From: a bacterium
GTDB taxonomy: Bacteria; SAR324; JACQKK01
Assembly: GCA_965249525.1 (NCBI GenBank)
Contig: OZ252237.1
Span: forward strand, 772,443-836,442
Direction: 5' to 3'
Length of the DNA: 64,000 nucleotides
In this document: piece after piece, positions 57,754 to 64,000 of the stretch
Layout of the letters: every line of letters starts with the position of its first letter
Numbering within the stretch: the first letter of the stretch is position 1
Made by a program: the position numbers and the translations under genes
The notes under the pieces: model-generated
Database searches by the model: none
Told to the model about the DNA's origin: nothing
What the model saw: the letters and a program-made list of their open reading frames with translations, nothing else

Positions 57754-57763
57754 TATTATAATA
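57754..57763. promoter_or_regulatory. perfect 10-bp AT palindrome TATTATAATA in the znuC/znuA divergent region (candidate Zur/Fur-family operator overlapping a -10-like TATAAT)
   Basis: The palindrome was verified by hand. It lies 70 nt upstream of the znuA ATG and about 120 nt upstream of the preferred znuC ATG. Confidence 0.3.
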
Positions 57764-57833
57764 ACCCGATAGGCAATACTTTTTAGGGGGACAGTCTCCC
57801 TTGCTGCCCCCTTGAAAACTGCTAACACCTTCC

Positions 57834-58868
57834 ATGGCTGCAATCATGAATGCTCAAACAATCATGGCGATGATTCCCCACCGTCAGCTGGTCATTATGG
57901 CGACAACCTTCCTGGCCGTTTGTTTCCTGGCCGTTTGTTTCCTGGCCGTTTGTTTCCTGGCTGCTTGTTTCCTTCCACGCCATATCCTGGCACAAAACAC
58001 CGTACCCAAGGTGGTTGTCACCATCAAGCCCCTGTACAGCCTGGCTGCCCAGGTCATGCAGGGAGTGGGAAGCCCCCAGCTGCTGATACACTCCAATATC
58101 TCCCCACATGACTATCATCTGCGACCTTCAGATGCACGCAGCCTGCAGCAAGCCGATATCGTCATCTGGGTGGGACCCCAGCTGGAAGGTCCCCTGGGCA
58201 AAGTCATTCAAGACATCCCCTGCGCCCTTTCCCTGATAGAGCTTCAAGGGATCAAACAAATCCAGACCTCGCAACACTCCTTTTGGCATCGGCTGCAGCA
58301 GCTGTTCTCCTTCTCTGATGATAAAGCCCACCAGGAAGATGACTATACACGTTCACACAGCAAAGACCCACACATCTGGCTAAGCACCCACAACGCAGCT
58401 GTGATTGCCCAAGCCATTGCCCACAAACTCTCAGAAAAAGACCCTAAAAATGCAGCCAAATACCAGCAAAATCTGCAACAGCTAGAAATCCGCCTGCGCC
58501 AGCTTAAAAAGCAAATACAAGCACAGTTGAAAAACTTTGATGTTCCATACTTCGTCTTCCATAACGCTTATCAACACTTTGAAGATGAATTTCAACTCCG
58601 TTCATCAGGTGTACTCACCCTTACTCCCGGTGTTACCCCAGGTCCCAGAACCATTGCCAGACTCAGACAGCGCATTCTAAGAGACAAAGTTTACTGTCTC
58701 TTCACTGAACCACAATTCTCAAACATTCAGCTGGTCAATGCCTTGAAAGAAAATAACCAACTCCAGATCCATACCCTGGATCCCCTAGGAGCAAACCTCA
58801 CACCTTCACCCCAACTTTACCAACAACTGCTGCAACATATCTCCAGCAGCCTGCTGCGCTGTCGCTAA
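57834..58868 (+). CDS. znuA: zinc ABC transporter substrate-binding protein (ZnuA/TroA family), probable lipoprotein
   Basis: VVVTIKPLYSL, SPHDYHLRPSD, DPHIWLS blocks. The N-terminus carries the FLAVC x3 + FLAAC repeat, and the last unit forms an L-A-A-C lipobox. Confidence 0.9.
   Translation: MAAIMNAQTIMAMIPHRQLVIMATTFLAVCFLAVCFLAVCFLAACFLPRHILAQNTVPKVVVTIKPLYSLAAQVMQGVGSPQLLIHSNISPHDYHLRPSDARSLQQADIVIWVGPQLEGPLGKVIQDIPCALSLIELQGIKQIQTSQHSFWHRLQQLFSFSDDKAHQEDDYTRSHSKDPHIWLSTHNAAVIAQAIAHKLSEKDPKNAAKYQQNLQQLEIRLRQLKKQIQAQLKNFDVPYFVFHNAYQHFEDEFQLRSSGVLTLTPGVTPGPRTIARLRQRILRDKVYCLFTEPQFSNIQLVNALKENNQLQIHTLDPLGANLTPSPQLYQQLLQHISSSLLRCR
57911..57970. repeat. 4 x 15-bp in-frame tandem repeat inside the znuA signal peptide
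   Basis: CCTGGCCGTTTGTTT occurs three times (57911-57955), then CCTGGCTGCTTGTTT (57956-57970). Confidence 0.9.
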
Positions 58869-58895
58869 AGCCCCTTAGAAAAGGGTTGTGTGGTG

Positions 58896-59903
58896 TTAAT
58901 GGTGCTTGCTTAGCCCAAAGGTGAAAGCCAGTGCAAGTACCAGTACGCTGCCCTTGATGAAGTCTTGGGTATAGTAGGGGACATTAAGCATGGTGAGTCC
59001 GTTAATCAGCATGCCGACAAAGAGGGCTCCCACAATGGTGCCGAAGGCGTTGGGTTTGGCTGCGCCGAGGACGGCGAATCCGACGAGGGCAGCAGAGACG
59101 GCATCCAGCAGAAGAAAATTGCCGGAACCGACATCGCCGCGCCCGAGGCGAGCCGCCAGCAGGATGCCGCCGATAGAGGCGTATGTTCCTGAGATAATGT
59201 AGGCGGCAGTTTTGTGTTTTTCTACGGCTGCGCCTGCCAGTCGGCTGGCTTGCTCATTGCTGCCTATGGCGTAGAGGATGCGTCCCCATTTGGTGAATTC
59301 TAGGAATACCCAGATGAGGGCAGCCAGTAGCAACATAATGATTACAGGTGCGGGAATTATATCAAAAAAGCGGTGTCTGCCTAACAGTAGAAAGGCGGGA
59401 GAGAAGATGCCTTCTGCGGTTTCGCCATTGGGAAGGAGGACTCCTGTGGCAATGGAGTGTCCTGCGGTGGGGATGCGCTGCAGTCCTTGGATGAGGAACA
59501 TCATGCCGAGTGAGGCTAACAGGTCTGGAATGCGCATTTTGACGATGAGGAAGCTGTTGCAGATTCCTGCTGTGACACCAATTGAGAGGGAGATAAGGAT
59601 GGCAGCAAGAGCCCCTGTTTCTAATATGACCATGGCATAGCTGGAAGCCATCATGGAGGAGGCTGCTACTGCACCGATGGAGAGGTCAAATCCGCCAATG
59701 GCCAGGGAGGCGGTTATACCGAGGGCTAAGATAGCAACGATGGACAGCGATTGCAGAATGGTGAAGATATTGCGGATGCGCAGGAAGGACGGTTCCATGA
59801 GAGAGAAGAAGACAAAGATAAGCACTATCAGAATGAGCAGTCCATAACGCAGTGTCCAATCCAGCAAGTTTTTGGAGAAGATGGTTTTGAAAAGTGTGTT
59901 CAT
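58896..59903 (-). CDS. sugar-type ABC transporter permease (RbsC/AraH-like)
   Basis: 335-aa protein with about 10 TM segments and the typical ...LTMLNVPYYTQDFIKGSVLVLAL C-terminus. Confidence 0.8.
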   Translation of the reverse strand: MNTLFKTIFSKNLLDWTLRYGLLILIVLIFVFFSLMEPSFLRIRNIFTILQSLSIVAILALGITASLAIGGFDLSIGAVAASSMMASSYAMVILETGALAAILISLSIGVTAGICNSFLIVKMRIPDLLASLGMMFLIQGLQRIPTAGHSIATGVLLPNGETAEGIFSPAFLLLGRHRFFDIIPAPVIIMLLLAALIWVFLEFTKWGRILYAIGSNEQASRLAGAAVEKHKTAAYIISGTYASIGGILLAARLGRGDVGSGNFLLLDAVSAALVGFAVLGAAKPNAFGTIVGALFVGMLINGLTMLNVPYYTQDFIKGSVLVLALAFTFGLSKHH

Positions 59904-59935
59904 GGCAGGCTGTGGAGATTTTGTACTAAGGGATA

Positions 59936-61444
59936 TCAGGCGTATGCCATTTGCTGCACCAGGCGTTTGCGATCCAGCTGGGTGATGCTGTGATCACCAT
60001 TGAGACTCCAGTTATGGAATACCAGCAGGCGGTCTGCGATTTCCAGGGCTTCATCAGGATCAGAACACAGCACCAAGGTGGCGCATTGTGCGGAAGTGGC
60101 ACGCAGCTTTGCCCCGATATCCCGCCGCGCCCCGATATCTACTCCGAAGAAAGGTTCATCCATCACCAGCACATGGCAAGGCTGGCAAAGCCATCGTCCC
60201 AGCACCACCTTCTGTTGATTGCCTCCAGACAGGCTGCCAATTGGAGCTTCTTCCGAATCACACACAATCTTCAACGCTGCAATTTGCTCACGGGCTAACT
60301 TGCGTTCCTTACGCCTGCGCAGCCAGCCCCAACGACTAAAACGGCTAGTAAATGGCAGCACCAGGTTTTCAAATAAGCAAAAATCTGGCAGCAGTGCCTG
60401 TTCCGCCCGATCCTCAGGTGTCATAAACACCCCCTGCTTAATGGCTTCTCTGGCAGAGCGCGCTGCATACTCCTTTCCCCCCAACAATATCTTGCCTGAA
60501 TAGGGCTGCCGCAGCCCAAATAAGCACTCTGCGAACTCTGTTTTGCCGCTTCCCACCAATCCGATGATGGCTGTCACCTGACCGCGATGAATGGCAACAT
60601 TTATGGCAGCTGAGTCCTCTCGCAGGCGCAAATTCTGCACCTCCAAGGCTGCCTCTCTGGGCTTGGCTGCTTGATGGCGAACCTCGCTCACCGCATATCC
60701 CAACATGGTTTCCACCGCAAGACCATAATTCACAGGCGATGCAAATACCCCCGCCACAATCCCATTCCGCAGCGTCACCACCTTGTCTGCTAATCGCTTA
60801 ATATCTGATAGACGATGCGAAATATACAAAATGGCACACCCCTCTTGCCGCAGCCGTTCTACCAACCCAAACAGACGCTCACTCTCTGTGCGAGATAACG
60901 ATGCCGTGGGTTCATCTAATATCAATAACCGCGGATGATGCGATAATGCTCTTGCTATGGCTACCAGCTGCTTGTCTGCTAACGACAGTTCCCGCACCTT
61001 GCTGTCTAGTTTCAAACGCAAGTCCAAACGTTCTGCTATGGGTTTCGCTAGACGGCGCGCCATTCTCGGTGTAAAAAGCCACCCCGCTTCTCCCATGCAC
61101 CAACGATCTATCGCCAAATTCTCTGCCACCGTCATGTCTGCTATCACTCCGTCCCGAATATGCTGATGCACCGTCACCACTCCACTACGCAAAGCATCAT
61201 GCGGACTGCGAGGCGAATAATATTCTCCACCCAAATACATCTTTCCCTCATCCATTCCATATACCCCGTATACCAATTTGACCAAGGTTGATTTCCCCGC
61301 CCCATTCGCCCCCATCAGCACCGTCACCTCGCCGCTGCCAATCTCCAAATCTACTCCTCGCAAGGCATGGGTAGAACCAAAATGCTTGTGCAGCCCACAC
61401 AAACGCAGTAGTGTGTTATCTTCTGAAAGACCGTTATTCATCAT
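59936..61444 (-). CDS. sugar-type ABC transporter ATP-binding protein with two fused ATPase domains (RbsA/MglA-like)
   Basis: First domain: GANGAGKST and LILDEPTASL. Second domain: degenerate Walker A GLVGSGKTE, LSGGNQQKVVLGRWL and LVMDEPFFGVD. Confidence 0.85.
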   Translation of the reverse strand: MMNNGLSEDNTLLRLCGLHKHFGSTHALRGVDLEIGSGEVTVLMGANGAGKSTLVKLVYGVYGMDEGKMYLGGEYYSPRSPHDALRSGVVTVHQHIRDGVIADMTVAENLAIDRWCMGEAGWLFTPRMARRLAKPIAERLDLRLKLDSKVRELSLADKQLVAIARALSHHPRLLILDEPTASLSRTESERLFGLVERLRQEGCAILYISHRLSDIKRLADKVVTLRNGIVAGVFASPVNYGLAVETMLGYAVSEVRHQAAKPREAALEVQNLRLREDSAAINVAIHRGQVTAIIGLVGSGKTEFAECLFGLRQPYSGKILLGGKEYAARSAREAIKQGVFMTPEDRAEQALLPDFCLFENLVLPFTSRFSRWGWLRRRKERKLAREQIAALKIVCDSEEAPIGSLSGGNQQKVVLGRWLCQPCHVLVMDEPFFGVDIGARRDIGAKLRATSAQCATLVLCSDPDEALEIADRLLVFHNWSLNGDHSITQLDRKRLVQQMAYA

Positions 61445-61595
61445 CCAGGCAAGCTAACACATTTCTGTTATGCGGGGCAAAGTCTACTGTCCTAAACAAA
61501 GGTAGGCAAAATAGACAACAACTGGCATAAAATCTGCTTAAACAATGATGGTCAATAACAGATGGTAACATTCACTTGCAGCAAAAAAGGAGACA

Positions 61596-62282
61596 ATGAT
61601 GGAATGGCTATGGTTGCTTTGGGCTATCTCGCTGGGACTGGTGGTAGGCTATGTCTTGAGCAATAATTGGCGAATGCAAACTAATCCACTGCTGGATGCC
61701 ATTCAGGTGATTAATTCCACACCAAAGGAAATGACAAGCTGGCTGGAAAAGGGAGCCAAAGTAGATGTGTATTCCAAAGACGGCCAAACACCCCTGCATA
61801 TGGCTGCATCGAATAATCAAGACCCTGAAGTGGTGAAACTGTTGATAAAGGCCGGCGCAAAACCGGAGAAGCGCAACAAAAGATTTGACAGCACAGCTCT
61901 GCAAACCGCAGCAAGATACAATCCTCATGCCTCCATCATTGAAGCCCTATTTAACGCAGGGGCAAATTTTCAAGTAGCAACATTTAATGGCTATACCCCC
62001 CTACATATGGCAGCAGGGCATAATAGAAGTCCTGAGGTGGTGGAGATGTTGGTGAAAAAAGGCATAGACCCCAACCAAAAAAACAAATTCGGGGCAACCC
62101 CCTTGCACAGAGCCGCCGCCAGCAATCAAAATTCCCAAATCATAGAAACCCTGCTAAGGCTGGGAGCCAATGCTGCTGCAAAAGATGCCCAGGGTAAAAC
62201 CCCCTGGGACTACCTGCAAACAAGAAAAGAATTGCAAAACAGCAAAGCCTACCAGCTGCTAAAAGCTGTACCAAAAAAATAG
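61596..62282 (+). CDS. membrane-anchored ankyrin-repeat protein
   Basis: AAGGAG lies before the ATG. N-terminal TM helix (WLWLLWAISLGLVVGYVL), then at least 4 ankyrin units (GQTPLHMAASNN..VVKLLIKAGA, GYTPLHMAAGHN.., GATPLHRAAASN..). Confidence 0.85.
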   Translation: MMEWLWLLWAISLGLVVGYVLSNNWRMQTNPLLDAIQVINSTPKEMTSWLEKGAKVDVYSKDGQTPLHMAASNNQDPEVVKLLIKAGAKPEKRNKRFDSTALQTAARYNPHASIIEALFNAGANFQVATFNGYTPLHMAAGHNRSPEVVEMLVKKGIDPNQKNKFGATPLHRAAASNQNSQIIETLLRLGANAAAKDAQGKTPWDYLQTRKELQNSKAYQLLKAVPKK

Positions 62283-62376
62283 CAACCAAACCTGTACAAA
62301 AAGGCATGGGGCTGCATCAAGGAATGCTTTCTCCTATGTGTTAGGGGATGCCAGCAGGAGTCCATCATCTTTTCCA

Positions 62377-64000
62377 TCAGGGAAGGGATTGGGTGATGAT
62401 TTGCGGGGCTTGTTGGAGGGCGGATGGGAGTTTTTGTGTATTAGGGGTACTGGCTGTGGCCATGTGGGGAGGTCCTCCGCCTTTGCCATCTGCGATTTGT
62501 GCGATTTGGTTGACCAGGTCTCCTGCTTTGACCTGCTGTTTAACCAGGTCATCGGAAACAGTGCAAAGCAAGGTAGGTTTGCCGTTGATATTGGCGGAAA
62601 GCAGGGCAACGCCTGACTTGAGTTGTTGGCGGAGGCTGTCGGCGAGGTTACGGAATTCATCTATGGAGGAGACTTGTACTTGTTGGACGATGAGTTTGGT
62701 TTGGTTTTGTAGGGTTTGTGCGTTATTGAGCATGGATTGTGCGTTGAGTGATTGTTGGTTTTTTTGAAGTTGTTTGAGTTGTTGCTTGATGTCTTTGGTT
62801 TCTTGCAGCAATTGTTGGAGTTTTTGCGGGAGCAGCTGGGATTCAGTATTGAGGAGTTGCTTGCAGTGGTGAAGGGAAAGCATTTCTTGCTGCAGCCAGT
62901 TTTGTGCGCTTTCTCCTGTGAAGGCGGTGATGCGTCGTACGCCTGAGGCCACAGCGGTTTCGGCGATGAGCTTGAGGAAGCCGATGTTTCCAGTGGCGGG
63001 GGTGTGACAGCCGCCGCAGAGTTCTATAGAGAAGTCGCCAATGGTGACAACACGGACTTGGTCGCCGTATTTTTCTCCGAAGAGTGCCATGGCACCGTTG
63101 GCGATAGCTTCATCATAGGAGGAGAGATGGGTGTGCACGGTAATATTGCTGCGGATGGCATTATTGGCGAGGTGTTCAATTTGTTCAAGTTGTTTCTGTG
63201 AGGGTTTTTCAAAGTGTGTGTAATCAAAGCGCAGGTATTCGGGGGAGACGACAGAACCTGCTTGGTGGACGTGTTTCCCCAGGGTTTGTCTCAGTGCAGC
63301 GTGCAGCAAATGGGTGCCAGTGTGGTTGCGCTGGGCATTATGTCGCCATGTTGGTGAGACGGAGGCTTGCAGGCATCCATCTTGGGGCAGCAGAGAGGCG
63401 GGGTCGGTGATGGATGCGGCTGTGGATTGGCAGAGGTGAAGAATGTAATCACCATCTCGGTGGACGTTCTGAACGCTGAGGTTGCCAGCGTCACTGGAGA
63501 GGATGCCTTGGTCGGCGAGTTGACCACCGCCTTCGGGATAGAAGGGGGTTTGGTCTAGTACCAGCAGCAGTTGTTGATTATCGGCGGGCATCCAGCGGCG
63601 GATAGTGGTATGGGCTTGCAGGTTTTGGTAGCCGATAAAGTTGGAATGCTCCCCTGGGCTGAATTCCTGCCATTCGCCGCTTTGGCGGAGGGTGCTTCTG
63701 GCAGTGCGTGCGCGGGATTGTTGTTGCTGCATGCATTGTTGAAAGCCCTCCATGTCCACCTCTAAGTTTTTTTCGCGTGCCATGAGGTGGGTGAGGTCTG
63801 TGGGAAAGCCATAGGTATCATAGAGACGGAAGATTTCTTCTCCGGGGATAGTTTTGGAACGGAGTTGTGCAATGACGGCATCAAAGCGTTCCAATCCACG
63901 TTCTAGGGTTTGGTGAAAGCTGGTTTCTTCGGCTTTAATCACTTTGGCAGCGTATGGGGCTTGCTGAGCTACCTCTGGAAAGGCTTCACCCAGTACCTTG
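62377..64000 (-). CDS. alaS: alanyl-tRNA synthetase, C-terminal ~540 codons (5' end beyond the right edge)
   Basis: The reading frame is open to base 64000 (..KVLGEAFPEVAQQAPYAAKVIKAEETSF..). Editing-domain motifs HTGTHLLH and CGGCHT, plus a C-terminal DHHA1-like GKGGG. Confidence 0.95.
   Translation of the reverse strand, partial: KVLGEAFPEVAQQAPYAAKVIKAEETSFHQTLERGLERFDAVIAQLRSKTIPGEEIFRLYDTYGFPTDLTHLMAREKNLEVDMEGFQQCMQQQQSRARTARSTLRQSGEWQEFSPGEHSNFIGYQNLQAHTTIRRWMPADNQQLLLVLDQTPFYPEGGGQLADQGILSSDAGNLSVQNVHRDGDYILHLCQSTAASITDPASLLPQDGCLQASVSPTWRHNAQRNHTGTHLLHAALRQTLGKHVHQAGSVVSPEYLRFDYTHFEKPSQKQLEQIEHLANNAIRSNITVHTHLSSYDEAIANGAMALFGEKYGDQVRVVTIGDFSIELCGGCHTPATGNIGFLKLIAETAVASGVRRITAFTGESAQNWLQQEMLSLHHCKQLLNTESQLLPQKLQQLLQETKDIKQQLKQLQKNQQSLNAQSMLNNAQTLQNQTKLIVQQVQVSSIDEFRNLADSLRQQLKSGVALLSANINGKPTLLCTVSDDLVKQQVKAGDLVNQIAQIADGKGGGPPHMATASTPNTQKLPSALQQAPQIITQSLP

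Overview
This is a 64-kb chromosomal window from an unidentified bacterium. GC looks like roughly 50-58% in hand-counted stretches. I recognised no rRNA, tRNA, CRISPR array, transposase, integrase or phage structural gene. About 50 protein genes are present and most are housekeeping: serS, thrS, ileS, partial alaS, clpB, lepA, purF, dapB-queF-fabI, rlmN, murJ, pyrF, pdxS/pdxT, dtd, dps, and RNase II-family and UPF0182-family genes. Transport loci are an Fe3+-type fbpA/B/C set next to a Fur-family gene, znuCB/znuA, a sugar-type ABC ATPase and permease pair, and a ClC channel. I could not find a convincing multi-gene novel system. Odd content is scattered as single-gene islets and non-coding structure. 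The most unusual locus is 6.9-8.9 kb. It holds a surface lipoprotein gene whose SD-preceded signal peptide is one frame off from its body across a G-rich tract. Upstream lie nested 10-bp and 46-bp tandem repeats, then a 499-bp segment bounded by 21-nt inverted repeats, all inside a 1.28-kb gap with no credible ORF. This could be a phase-variation or inverton locus, a MITE, or a structured RNA. Other leads are: an orphan low-GC beta-class DNA methyltransferase splitting the fbp operon; a possible PUA/EVE-like plus degenerate Mrr-like protein in an islet between ileS and the RNase II gene; a Rieske-ThDP enzyme fusion; a membrane-protein gene with a 22%-GC core inside GC-normal ends; an HTH-EIIA(Ntr-type) gene overlapping a CBS-ClC channel gene; and three separate tandem repeats that all have an exact 15-bp period. 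All family assignments come from motifs read by eye in the supplied translations, and none was checked against a database.
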